From Scandinavium lactucae (GTDB lineage Bacteria; Pseudomonadota; Gammaproteobacteria; Enterobacterales; Enterobacteriaceae), in contig NZ_JAWXRD010000001.1 of assembly GCF_033843265.1 (NCBI RefSeq), forward strand, positions 176,099 through 200,098: a stretch of DNA of 24,000 nt, in the 5' to 3' direction. Below, piece after piece: positions 1 through 7,851 of the stretch; the first letter of the stretch is position 1; every line of letters starts with the position of its first letter. The notes below the pieces were generated by a model. That model worked only from the letters and a program-made list of their open reading frames with translations, was not told the origin of the DNA and searched no databases. A program made the position numbers and the translations under genes.

Positions 1-40
1 CGCAACCCTTTTCATACTTTTCACTGCTCAATTATTTTCT

Positions 41-1105
41 TCAGGCCTTTTGCAGCGCCTCGCTGGTCAGAATATTATTGCGGCCCAAATGCTTGGCCTC
101 GTACAGCGCTTTGTCCGCCTGCTCCAGCGCACCTTCCATATCTTCGCCGAGCAAGGGCGCTAACCCGATGCTTACCGTCACGTTGGTGGCGACACTGTGA
201 TTAAACATGTGGGAAATTTTTAGGTCGTAAACGCGTTGGCGAATGCGTTCTGCCGTTTCCAGCGCCATCTCCGGCGTGGTGGATGTCAGCACCACCATAA
301 ATTCTTCACCGCCATAGCGGGTGACGATATCTCTTGATCGCACGGCATTGCGTATCGCCGCCGAAACCTGAATCAGCGCCTGGTCGCCCATCATATGGCC
401 GTAGTGATCGTTATAAGCTTTGAAGTAGTCGATATCGAGCAGTAATACATAATGGCCGCTGGCGTCCAGCGACAGCAATGTCTCAAGGCGATTTTGCAGG
501 CCGCGGCGGTTATACAGGCCGGTAAGGGGGTCAAGCATGCTCAGATCGTTCAGCGTCTGTCGCTCTTCGAGCAGCTTATACATCAGCCCGTGCGCGAAGT
601 TATCGTAACGTTTTTGGATAACACTCTGAATGGTTATTCCGATAACAGGCAGCGCAAAGCAGTAGAGCATTCGCAGCCATTGATCGCCGTCACTTAATAA
701 CAGACAGGTGACCAGCACCGGCAACGAGTGGAGGGTAAAGGCGATGATATTATTCGAAAAAGCAATTGCGCCGACAAACAGCACGCTTAATAAGGCAATC
801 ACCAGATAGCTAAAATTCGGCTGATGCATTAACGGTGTTTTGGTGGCGACATGCCAGGCCCAGAGGCAACCAAATAATATGGAGATCGCCGGAATATTAA
901 TTTTTCTCTCCGCCCACGCCCAGTGACCAAGCAGCAATCCCGCGCTGATGACGGTTATCATCACCAGCGGGACGGTAATCGCTAAAATGTGATGCATCGG
1001 ACTCAGCATCGAAAAAAGCGATGAAGCTAAATTAAGGAATAGAAAGAGACGCAGTGAAAATTGATATTTTTTAACGCGCAGGGCACGCCAGGATTGTGAT
1101 GTCAT
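41..1105 (-). CDS. Membrane-bound diguanylate cyclase (GGDEF domain, intact I-site) with an uncharacterised multi-pass N-terminal domain
   Basis: 354-aa ORF. The first ~165 aa are consecutive hydrophobic helices. The C-terminal half has LDPLTGLYNRR, DIDYFKAYND, and RSRD five residues before GGEEF (GGEEF encoded by nt 299-313, minus strand). There is no convincing Shine-Dalgarno before the ATG at 1105, so the exact start is uncertain (Met33 or Met37 are possible). Confidence 0.85.
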   Translation of the reverse strand: MTSQSWRALRVKKYQFSLRLFLFLNLASSLFSMLSPMHHILAITVPLVMITVISAGLLLGHWAWAERKINIPAISILFGCLWAWHVATKTPLMHQPNFSYLVIALLSVLFVGAIAFSNNIIAFTLHSLPVLVTCLLLSDGDQWLRMLYCFALPVIGITIQSVIQKRYDNFAHGLMYKLLEERQTLNDLSMLDPLTGLYNRRGLQNRLETLLSLDASGHYVLLLDIDYFKAYNDHYGHMMGDQALIQVSAAIRNAVRSRDIVTRYGGEEFMVVLTSTTPEMALETAERIRQRVYDLKISHMFNHSVATNVTVSIGLAPLLGEDMEGALEQADKALYEAKHLGRNNILTSEALQKA

Positions 1106-1296
1106 GTCAGGAAGTCGTTATTAATTATGAGATTATAGAAACACTAACCATCAGGAATGACAAAATTCACGCGGGAACGAGCCGCGCGAAAATATCAGGA
1201 ACATTAATCATTTCGGTTAATCCGCACAATTTATCACCTTACTGCAACACTGTCATCAGCGTGACCGTAAAGAGCGCGCTGGGGACAGGCACGATC

Positions 1297-1340
1297 TTGC
1301 AAATGATAAAAATTATCATATGATATTGGTTATCATTATC
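1297..1340 (+). promoter_or_regulatory. Candidate sigma70 promoter overlapped by a tandem Fur-box-like hexamer array (upstream of the yjjZ-like gene)
   Basis: TTGCAA (1297-1302), 16-nt spacer, TATGAT (1319-1324). GATATTGGTTATCATTATC (1322-1340) matches the 19-bp Fur consensus GATAATGATAATCATTATC at 16/19. The overlapping GATAAAAATTATCATATGA (1305-1323) matches at 12/19. Confidence 0.55.
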
Positions 1341-1358
1341 GATTTGAGAGTTATAACC

Positions 1359-1598
1359 ATGTTGCAACGGGCGTTAGGCAGTGGATGGGGCGTGTTAATC
1401 CCGGGCGTGCTTTTAGTCGGATTGGGTTTTGTCGGGCTGTCGGTTGACGTTTGGCGAAGTTTAATCGCGCTGGGGCTGTTGCTGACGGGCGTGATGATCT
1501 GGCATCGTCAGTTGCGTCACTTTGTGCTGCTGCCATCGGCGTTCGCATTGATAAGCGGGATGATGATGGTGCTAATGAGTTTGAAGCAAATGGGATGA
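1359..1598 (+). CDS. yjjZ: Small hydrophobic inner-membrane protein, YjjZ-like (79 aa)
   Basis: Lies in ORF-track frame 1320-1598. I prefer ATG 1359 (MLQRALGSGWGVL...), preceded by GAGAG at 1346-1350. The product is two to three hydrophobic helices. Its position next to the leu tRNA cluster and its N-terminus fit my recollection of E. coli YjjZ (78 aa). The symbol is from memory only. Confidence 0.6.
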   Translation: MLQRALGSGWGVLIPGVLLVGLGFVGLSVDVWRSLIALGLLLTGVMIWHRQLRHFVLLPSAFALISGMMMVLMSLKQMG

Positions 1599-1635
1599 AA
1601 TAGAACAGGGAGAGAGAAGAGAGAGATAAGAATGC

Positions 1636-1722
1636 TGGTGCGAGGGGGGGGACTTGAACCCCCACGTCCTTACGAACACTAACACCTGAAGCTAGCGCGT
1701 CTACCAATTCCGCCACCTTCGC
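1636..1722 (-). tRNA. leuV: tRNA-Leu (anticodon CAG), 87 nt with encoded CCA
   Basis: The reverse complement reads GCGAAGGTGGCGGAATTGGTAGACGCGCTAGCTTCAGGTGTTAG...GGGGGTTCAAGTCCCCCCCCTCGCACCA. It has anticodon loop TTCAGGT, a long variable arm and a T-loop GTTCAAGT. The symbol is assigned by position relative to E. coli leuQPV. Confidence 0.95.
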
Positions 1723-1750
1723 ACAGAAATCTTATCTTGATATTACTCGT

Positions 1751-1837
1751 TGGTGCGAGGGGGGGGACTTGAACCCCCACGTCCTTACGAACACTAACAC
1801 CTGAAGCTAGCGCGTCTACCAATTCCGCCACCTTCGC
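1751..1837 (-). tRNA. leuP: tRNA-Leu (anticodon CAG), identical to the 1636-1722 copy
   Basis: Exact 87-nt repeat of the first copy, separated from it by a 28-nt spacer. Confidence 0.95.
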
Positions 1838-1866
1838 CCAGTGCGAGCAACATCTTACGTGGTATA

Positions 1867-1953
1867 TGGTGCGAGGGGGGGGACTTGAACCCCCACGTCC
1901 GTTAGGACACTAACACCTGAAGCTAGCGCGTCTACCAATTCCGCCACCGTCGC
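1867..1953 (-). tRNA. leuQ: tRNA-Leu (anticodon CAG), isodecoder variant (5 substitutions relative to the other two copies)
   Basis: Same 87-nt architecture. It differs at acceptor-stem position 5 (GCGACGG vs GCGAAGG) and at four variable-arm positions (GTCCTAACGGAC vs GTTCGTAAGGAC). It is the first gene after the promoter. Confidence 0.93.
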
Positions 1954-1994
1954 ATACCATCGACTCTTAAAAAGAATCGTTACCACGGAGGCGC

Positions 1995-2022
1995 ATTCTA
2001 GTGGTTTTCGGATTTTCGTCAA
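1995..2022 (-). promoter_or_regulatory. tRNA-operon promoter (leuQPV-type) with a GC-rich discriminator
   Basis: The minus strand reads TTGACG (2022-2017), 16 nt, TAGAAT (2000-1995), then GCGCCTCC. An A/T-rich block (AAAATTCTGCTGCAATTAACTG) lies upstream and could act as an UP element. The -10 lies about 40 nt upstream of the first tRNA 5' end (1953). Confidence 0.7.
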
Positions 2023-2098
2023 CAGTTAATTGCAGCAGAATTTTCCGATCGCTGTAAAAGTGGGCGCATTAGCGACCTGGGAGAGCGGGAAGGGAGAA

Positions 2099-2124
2099 CG
2101 CCCACAGGTTAAAGCCTGCGGGCG
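2099..2124 (-). terminator. Hairpin immediately after the rsmC stop (possible terminator)
   Basis: 10-bp stem (CGCCCGCAGG / CCTGTGGGCG on the minus-strand RNA, one G.U pair) with a 6-nt loop. It is followed by TTCTCCCTTCCC rather than a clean U-run. Confidence 0.4.
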
Positions 2125-2133
2125 GGAGAGCAT

Positions 2134-3162
2134 TTACTTTTTCGCCTGACGGGTCAGCACCGTACGATAGACTTTAAAGCGGCCGGTCTGGGCAAGCACT
2201 TCGTGGAAACCAAAGATTTCATCCAGCACTTTCGGATACGGCAGGAAGGCGTTGGCCACAATACGCAGTTCACCGCCAGTGCCCAGATGGCGCACTGCGC
2301 CACGGATAAGCTGTTGCGTGGCTTCGAGGCTGGTTTGCAGCCCGTCATGGAACGGCGGATTGGAGATAATCATGTCGAAGCGACCGGTCACCTCAGAGAA
2401 GACGTTGCTGGCAAGGACTTCACCTTCCAGGCCGTTAGCCGCCAGGGTGGCGCGGCTGGCTTCTACCGCCGCGGCGTTGACATCACACAGGGTCAGACGC
2501 ACTTTCGGTGAGTGGCTTGCCAGGACGGTGGCCAGCACGCCAGCGCCGCAGCCGACATCCAACACTTTACCTTTGGTGTGCGGGGTTAGGGTGGAGAGCA
2601 GCAACTTACTGCCAACATCCAGGCCATCGCGGCTGAAGACGCCCGGCAGCGTTTTGATGGTCAGGCCATCCAACTGATACTCGGACCAGTTATCTTCTGC
2701 GCTGAACGACGGCTGTTTTTCCAGGCGACCGTGGTACAGGCCACAGCGACGCGCGCTGTCGATTTTGTTCAGCGGCGCGAATTCCGCCAACATCTGTTCG
2801 GCGCTGCGCACGCCACTGCGGTTCTCACCGACCACAAAAATATCGGTGCCAATCGGCATCATCGATAAAATATTGGTCAGTTGATACAACGCTTCAGGCT
2901 TGTTCTTCGGCCAGTAGTAAATCAACGTATCACAATCAGCCACATCGGCCGCTTCTGCGGTCAGGCTGAAGCGAACGTTCTCACCCATTTGGGCACTCAG
3001 AACCTGCCAGTGGTGAAATTGTTGAGTGTGGGCACGGCTAAATGCGGTGTCCAGACGAGCGGGCAGGTCATCCTGCAGATCACCGGCAAACAGAATGCGG
3101 CTTTGTTCGAAATCATCACTGTGGCGCAGCAAGACTTCACTTGCCGGGGTCAATGCAGACAT
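2134..3162 (-). CDS. rsmC: 16S rRNA (guanine1207-N2)-methyltransferase RsmC
   Basis: The ORF-track frame runs 2134-3231. The true start is the internal ATG at 3162 ([29 protein letters not shown]...), preceded by GAGGA. It has the SAM-binding motif VLDVGCGAG and NPPFH. At 342 aa it is near-identical in length and sequence to the E. coli RsmC I recall. Confidence 0.95.
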   Translation of the reverse strand: MSALTPASEVLLRHSDDFEQSRILFAGDLQDDLPARLDTAFSRAHTQQFHHWQVLSAQMGENVRFSLTAEAADVADCDTLIYYWPKNKPEALYQLTNILSMMPIGTDIFVVGENRSGVRSAEQMLAEFAPLNKIDSARRCGLYHGRLEKQPSFSAEDNWSEYQLDGLTIKTLPGVFSRDGLDVGSKLLLSTLTPHTKGKVLDVGCGAGVLATVLASHSPKVRLTLCDVNAAAVEASRATLAANGLEGEVLASNVFSEVTGRFDMIISNPPFHDGLQTSLEATQQLIRGAVRHLGTGGELRIVANAFLPYPKVLDEIFGFHEVLAQTGRFKVYRTVLTRQAKK

Positions 3163-3300
3163 AAAAAGGAATCCTCTATAAACGACGGGCGCGATTATAC
3201 ACATTATCTGTATGAACCGCGCGTGCGGCACCTTGCTTTATTGGCGCACGTTCGTCGAATTTGCTATATTTGCGCGCCTGACAGACAGGAGAAACCCGCG

Positions 3301-3714
3301 ATGACATCCCGACGAGACTGGCAACTACAGCAACTGGGCATTACCCAGTGGGCTTTGCGCCGCCCCTCGGTTTTGCAGGGCGAAATCGCCATCTCGCTGC
3401 CTGAACATATTCGTCTGGTGATGGTGGCGCAAACGCTGCCGCCGCTGACCGATCCGCTGGTCAATGACATCCTGCGCGCGCTCGCCGTCACGCCGGATCA
3501 GGTCTTACAGCTGACGCCGGAGCGCGTTGCGATGCTGCCCGAGGGTGGCCGCTGTAATAGCTGGCGTCTTGGCGACGCTGAACCGGTCGCGCTGGAAGGT
3601 GCTCAGCTCGCCAGCCCGACATTCGAACAACTGCAGTCCAGCGCGGCGGACCGGGCTGAACTCTGGCGACAAATTTGCGCTCATGAACACGATTTCTTCC
3701 CTAAGCCAGACTGA
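3301..3714 (+). CDS. holD: DNA polymerase III psi subunit
   Basis: ATG 3301 gives the 137-aa MTSRRDWQLQQLGITQWALRRP..., matching E. coli HolD. The long ORF-track N-terminal extension (from 2881) is antisense to rsmC and is rejected. Confidence 0.93.
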   Translation: MTSRRDWQLQQLGITQWALRRPSVLQGEIAISLPEHIRLVMVAQTLPPLTDPLVNDILRALAVTPDQVLQLTPERVAMLPEGGRCNSWRLGDAEPVALEGAQLASPTFEQLQSSAADRAELWRQICAHEHDFFPKPD

Positions 3715-4129
3715 TTTACCGCGCGCTCTACAGATTGAGCAGCGCGCCCACGCCTTCCCGTGGAGCGAGCAGACGCTCGCCAGCAATCAGGGTGAGCGCT
3801 ATCTCAACCTGCAGCTGACGGTGGACGGCGAGATGGCGGCCTTCGCCATTACGCAAATCGTGCTCGATGAAGCCACGCTGTTTAATATCGCCGTCGATCC
3901 GGCGTATCAGCGTCGGGGTCTGGGCCGGGAATTGCTCGAACAGGTTATCGACGAAGTGGAAAAACGCGGCGTCGTCACGCTGTGGCTGGAAGTCCGTGCC
4001 TCGAACGCTGCCGCCATCGCACTGTATGAAAGCCTGGGCTTCAACGAGGCGACGATTCGACGCAACTACTATCCGACCGCTGACGGGCGTGAGGACGCAA
4101 TCATAATGGCACTGCCAATCAGTATGTAA
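3683..4129 (+). CDS. rimI: Ribosomal protein S18-alanine N-acetyltransferase
   Basis: ATG 3683 gives the 148-aa [13 protein letters not shown]...[11 protein letters not shown] (GNAT acetyl-CoA motif), ending ALPISM. It overlaps the holD 3' end by 32 nt, the same arrangement as in E. coli. Confidence 0.93.
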   Translation: MNTISSLSQTDLPRALQIEQRAHAFPWSEQTLASNQGERYLNLQLTVDGEMAAFAITQIVLDEATLFNIAVDPAYQRRGLGRELLEQVIDEVEKRGVVTLWLEVRASNAAAIALYESLGFNEATIRRNYYPTADGREDAIIMALPISM

Positions 4130-4143
4130 GACAAGGGTTTACG

Positions 4144-4824
4144 ATGAAGATGTGGGACTGGATTTTCTTTGATGCCGACGAAACGCTGTTTACCTTCGAT
4201 TCGTTCAGTGGCTTACAGCGGATGTTTCTTGATTATAGCGTGACCTTCACCGCTGAAGATTTCCAGGACTATCAGGCGGTTAACAAGCCGCTGTGGGTTG
4301 ATTACCAGAACGGGGCTATCTCCTCGTTACAGCTTCAGCATCAGCGTTTCGAAAGCTGGGCGGCGCGTCTGAACGTGAACGCCGGTGAACTGAACAATGC
4401 CTTTATGAACGCGATGGCGGAGATTTGCGCCCCGCTGCCGGGGGCCGTTTCACTGCTCAATTCGCTGCAGGGAAAAGTGAAGATGGGGATCATCACCAAC
4501 GGCTTTACCTCCCTGCAACAGATTCGCCTTGAGCGTACGGGTCTGCGTGAACACTTTGATTTAGTGATTATTTCTGAAGAAGTCGGCGTCGCCAAACCGG
4601 ATCCGCGTATTTTCGATTATGCGCTGGATCAGGCGGGCAATCCGAGTCGCTCGCGGGTACTGATGGTCGGCGATACCGCCGAGTCGGACATTCGCGGTGG
4701 CGTCAATGCCGGGCTCTCGACCTGCTGGCTGAATGCGCACCAGCAAACGCTGCCTGCGGATCTTACGCCGACCTGGACTGTGACATCACTTGCCGAGCTG
4801 GAGCAACTCCTGTGTAAACATTGA
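4144..4824 (+). CDS. yjjG: HAD-family pyrimidine 5'-nucleotidase YjjG
   Basis: 226 aa. It has the HAD motif [10 protein letters not shown] plus later [11 protein letters not shown], and is collinear with E. coli YjjG. Confidence 0.92.
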   Translation: MKMWDWIFFDADETLFTFDSFSGLQRMFLDYSVTFTAEDFQDYQAVNKPLWVDYQNGAISSLQLQHQRFESWAARLNVNAGELNNAFMNAMAEICAPLPGAVSLLNSLQGKVKMGIITNGFTSLQQIRLERTGLREHFDLVIISEEVGVAKPDPRIFDYALDQAGNPSRSRVLMVGDTAESDIRGGVNAGLSTCWLNAHQQTLPADLTPTWTVTSLAELEQLLCKH

Positions 4825-4852
4825 TTGTCAGTCCCCGGCTTACGGGTAAAAT
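4825..4852 (+). promoter_or_regulatory. Candidate prfC promoter
   Basis: TTGTCA (4825-4830), 16-nt spacer, TAAAAT (4847-4852), about 65 nt upstream of the prfC ATG. Sequence match only. Confidence 0.35.
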
Positions 4853-4915
4853 AGCCGCATTTTTCGTATTCAACATGCGCGGCCTGCGGTCGCGTTTACT
4901 TAAGAAGAACTGACT

Positions 4916-6505
4916 ATGACGTTGTCTCCTTATCTGCAAGAGGTGGCGAAACGCCGCACTTTTGCCATCATCTCGCACCCGGATGCCGGTAAAACGACCA
5001 TCACTGAAAAGGTGTTGTTGTTTGGGCAGGCTATCCAGACTGCCGGTACCGTTAAAGGCCGTGGCTCAAGCCAGCATGCAAAATCTGACTGGATGGAGAT
5101 GGAAAAACAGCGTGGGATTTCCATTACTACCTCGGTAATGCAGTTCCCGTATCACGACTGCCTGGTAAACCTGCTGGACACCCCGGGTCACGAAGACTTC
5201 TCTGAAGATACCTATCGTACCCTGACCGCCGTCGACTGCTGTCTGATGGTTATCGATGCCGCGAAAGGCGTCGAGGATCGGACGCGCAAGCTGATGGAAG
5301 TCACCCGTCTGCGCGACACGCCGATCCTGACCTTCATGAACAAACTTGACCGTGACATCCGCGATCCCATGGAAGTGCTGGATGAAGTCGAGAGCGAGCT
5401 GAAAATTGCCTGTGCGCCAATCACCTGGCCTATCGGCTGCGGTAAGCTGTTCAAAGGCGTTTATCATCTCTATAAAGATGAAACCTACCTGTATCAGACC
5501 GGTAAAGGCCACACCATTCAGGATGTCCGCATTGTGAAGGGGCTGAACAACCCGGAACTGGATACCGCCGTGGGTGAAGATCTCGCGGCCCAGCTGCGTG
5601 ACGAGCTGGAGCTGGTGCAGGGCGCATCGCACGAGTTCGACCAGGAGCTGTTCCTCGCCGGGGAAATCACCCCGGTCTTCTTCGGGACCGCGCTGGGTAA
5701 CTTCGGCGTCGACCACATGCTCGACGGTCTGGTGGAATGGGCTCCAGCGCCGATGCCGCGTAAAACCGACACCCGTGAAGTGGAAGCCAAAGAAGAGAAG
5801 TTCAGCGGCTTCGTGTTTAAAATTCAGGCCAACATGGACCCGAAACACCGTGACCGCGTGGCATTCATGCGTGTGGTGTCCGGCAAATATGAAAAAGGCA
5901 TGAAGCTGCGCCAGGTGCGTACCGGTAAAGACGTGGTGATTTCCGACGCGCTGACCTTCATGGCGGGCGATCGTTCGCACGTTGAAGAAGCGTTCCCGGG
6001 CGACATCATCGGTCTGCATAACCACGGCACTATCCAGATTGGCGACACCTTCACCCAGGGCGAAATGATGAAGTTCACCGGCATTCCTAACTTTGCCCCT
6101 GAGCTGTTCCGTCGTATTCGCCTCAAGGATCCGTTGAAGCAGAAGCAGTTGCTCAAAGGGCTGGTTCAGCTGTCGGAAGAGGGCGCGGTGCAGGTCTTCC
6201 GTCCGATTGCCAACAACGACCTGATCGTCGGCGCGGTGGGTGTGCTGCAGTTCGACGTGGTGGTTGCGCGTCTGAAGAGTGAGTACAACGTCGAAGCGAT
6301 TTATGAATCGGTGAACGTCGCGACCGCCCGCTGGGTTGAAAGCAATGACGTGAAGAAGTTCGAAGAGTTCAAGCGTAAGAACGAAGTTCAGCTGGCGCTG
6401 GATGGCGGCGATAACCTGACGTACATCGCCCCAACCATGGTTAACCTCAACCTGACCCAGGAACGTTACCCTGACGTCCAGTTCCGCAAGACCCGCGAAC
6501 ACTAA
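4916..6505 (+). CDS. prfC: Peptide chain release factor 3 (RF3, translational GTPase)
   Basis: 529 aa. It has the G1 motif SHPDAGKTT, the DTPGHEDF motif and NKLD. The N-terminus [28 protein letters not shown] matches E. coli RF3. Confidence 0.97.
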   Translation: MTLSPYLQEVAKRRTFAIISHPDAGKTTITEKVLLFGQAIQTAGTVKGRGSSQHAKSDWMEMEKQRGISITTSVMQFPYHDCLVNLLDTPGHEDFSEDTYRTLTAVDCCLMVIDAAKGVEDRTRKLMEVTRLRDTPILTFMNKLDRDIRDPMEVLDEVESELKIACAPITWPIGCGKLFKGVYHLYKDETYLYQTGKGHTIQDVRIVKGLNNPELDTAVGEDLAAQLRDELELVQGASHEFDQELFLAGEITPVFFGTALGNFGVDHMLDGLVEWAPAPMPRKTDTREVEAKEEKFSGFVFKIQANMDPKHRDRVAFMRVVSGKYEKGMKLRQVRTGKDVVISDALTFMAGDRSHVEEAFPGDIIGLHNHGTIQIGDTFTQGEMMKFTGIPNFAPELFRRIRLKDPLKQKQLLKGLVQLSEEGAVQVFRPIANNDLIVGAVGVLQFDVVVARLKSEYNVEAIYESVNVATARWVESNDVKKFEEFKRKNEVQLALDGGDNLTYIAPTMVNLNLTQERYPDVQFRKTREH

Positions 6506-6513
6506 TCCCCTCC

Positions 6514-6537
6514 AGAGCACGGCCCACGCCGTGCTCT
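6514..6537 (+). terminator. prfC intrinsic terminator candidate
   Basis: AGAGCACGG (6514-6522) pairs with CCGTGCTCT (6529-6537) around a short loop. It starts 9 nt after the stop and is followed by GTCATTTTCCC. Confidence 0.55.
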
Positions 6538-6760
6538 GTCATTTTCCCTCCCTGTTGATTCCCTTGCAGAAAGTTCTTAATTGAAGCCGTTTTCGCTGTA
6601 AAAGACTACTTTTTAGCCGTTTGGCCGAGCGCGTTCAAAATTGTTGGCTATATTTAACAAAGTGATGACAAGTTTGCTGGCTTAAACCGCTAATCAATGC
6701 GTGTTTATCGGCGCGATAAACCAGCAGATTTGCCATTCGCGATATTAATAACTGTGAGAT

Positions 6761-6776
6761 TGTGGTGATGTTCACC
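6761..6776 (+). promoter_or_regulatory. CRP-like site in the osmY upstream region
   Basis: TGTGG-TGATGT-TCACC matches TGTGA-N6-TCACA at 4/5 in each half. E. coli osmY is known to be CRP/Lrp/IHF-modulated and sigma-S dependent. I cannot place the transcription start from sequence alone. Confidence 0.3.
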
Positions 6777-6840
6777 CCTACAGCAATGCGATCATGAAGA
6801 TCGCCTGAGCTCAAATTCTGAGCAAACTACAGGAATCGAG

Positions 6841-7452
6841 ATGATGACAACCCAAAAGATGTCCAAAACGCTGCTGGCGATGATGCTGGGTACTGCCCTG
6901 ATGAGTGGTTCTGCTCTGGCAGAAACGACCATGGATAAAACACAATCCGCTGCCGACAGCGCCGGACAGAAAGTCGACAGCTCCATGAACAAAGTCGGCA
7001 ACTTTATGGATGACAGCAGCATCACGGCAAAAGTGAAAGCGGCTCTGGTCGATCATGATTCAATTAAGAGCACCGATATTTCAGTAAAAACCGATGACAA
7101 AGTGGTCACCTTGAGCGGCTTCGTTGAAAGCCAGGACCAGGCTGAAGCCGCGGTTAAAGTCGCGAAAAGCGTAGAAGGTGTGTCCTCGGTTAGCGATAAG
7201 CTCCATGTACGCGACAGCAAGTCACAGGACATGAAGGGCTACGCGGGTGATACCGCAACCACCAGCGAGATTAAAGCCAAACTACTGGCTGACGACATCG
7301 TCCCGTCACGTAATGTGAAAGTGGAAACCACCGACGGTGTGGTGCAGCTTTCCGGGACAGTTGAGTCCCAGGCGCAGAGCGATCGTGCCGAGAGCATCAC
7401 CAAAGCGGTTGATGGCGTAAAAAGTGTGAAGAACGACCTTAAAGTTAAATAA
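6841..7452 (+). CDS. osmY: Periplasmic hyperosmotically inducible protein OsmY (two BON domains)
   Basis: 203 aa. The signal peptide ends SGSALA/ETT. Two repeated BON-like segments are present (ITAKVKAAL...[10 protein letters not shown] and IKAKLLAD...[10 protein letters not shown]). AGGA lies 6 nt upstream of the ATG. Confidence 0.95.
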   Translation: MMTTQKMSKTLLAMMLGTALMSGSALAETTMDKTQSAADSAGQKVDSSMNKVGNFMDDSSITAKVKAALVDHDSIKSTDISVKTDDKVVTLSGFVESQDQAEAAVKVAKSVEGVSSVSDKLHVRDSKSQDMKGYAGDTATTSEIKAKLLADDIVPSRNVKVETTDGVVQLSGTVESQAQSDRAESITKAVDGVKSVKNDLKVK

Positions 7453-7470
7453 AGAAGTTTTAACATTTTT

Positions 7471-7487
7471 CCCCGGCGTTGCCGGGG
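7471..7487 (+). terminator. Hairpin after osmY (possible terminator)
   Basis: CCCCGGC-GTT-GCCGGGG, 19 nt after the stop. The T-run is upstream (ATTTTT) rather than immediately downstream, so the call is weak. Confidence 0.4.
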
Positions 7488-7561
7488 AGACCAGTCTGTC
7501 GTTTTGAGTGCCTGAGCGTTCATCAAAGCGGTCGACATTCACTATGGTAAAGGAGAATCGT

Positions 7562-7723
7562 ATGTTTCGTTGGGGCATTATATTTCTGGTAATCGCGTTA
7601 ATTGCCGCCGCTCTGGGCTTCGGTGGTCTGGCCGGTACGGCAGCGGGCGCAGCAAAAATTGTCTTTATCGTCGGTATCATCCTGTTCCTGGTGAGTCTGT
7701 TCATGGGACGCAGGCGTCCGTAG
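7562..7723 (+). CDS. ytjA: Small membrane protein YtjA (DUF1328 family), 53 aa
   Basis: ATG 7562 is preceded by [41 protein letters not shown]... is essentially identical to E. coli YtjA as recalled. Confidence 0.85.
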   Translation: MFRWGIIFLVIALIAAALGFGGLAGTAAGAAKIVFIVGIILFLVSLFMGRRRP

Positions 7724-7756
7724 CGACGTCGACTGAAGACGTTAAATTTTCGTAAC

Positions 7757-7782
7757 AAAAGCCAGTCTTCGGACTGGCTTTA
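7757..7782 (+). terminator. ytjA intrinsic terminator
   Basis: GCCAGTC (7761-7767), TTCG loop, GACTGGC (7772-7778), flanked by AAAA and TTTA. Confidence 0.6.
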
Positions 7783-7851
7783 TCAGTTTAAGAGAATCCT
7801 TATCTGCGCTATGGTGAACTAACAGAAGAATCATAAAAAACGGGAAGCAGT

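Noticed and set aside
1351-1716. 121-aa minus-strand ORF running through a tRNA gene and the yjjZ-like ORF
   Set aside because: It begins inside tRNA-Leu and is antisense to a better-supported small membrane-protein gene, so it is spurious.
1636-1953. Three ~87-bp direct repeats with ~28-nt spacers, superficially array-like
   Set aside because: They are complete tRNA-Leu genes with cloverleaf features and encoded CCA. This is not a CRISPR array or a mobile-element repeat.
2881-3300. Long N-terminal ORF-track extensions (holD from 2881, rsmC to 3231, rimI from 3527, yjjW to 12212, lplA to 19237, deoB from 16062, deoD from 17221, serB from 19949, nadR from 22345, transporter from 9845)
   Set aside because: In each case an internal start with a Shine-Dalgarno gives the orthologue's known N-terminus and length. 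The extensions overlap neighbouring genes or lack ribosome-binding sites.
5066-6520. 484-aa ORF antisense to prfC
   Set aside because: It exactly shadows the well-supported prfC frame and its product is low-complexity and Arg/Val/His-rich with no motifs. Such ORFs are typical antisense artefacts of GC-rich third-codon positions.
6697-6768. 23-codon ORF (MRVYRRDKPADLPFAILITVRLW) in the osmY upstream region
   Set aside because: It has no Shine-Dalgarno and overlaps the palindromic and regulatory elements. Nothing suggests it is translated.
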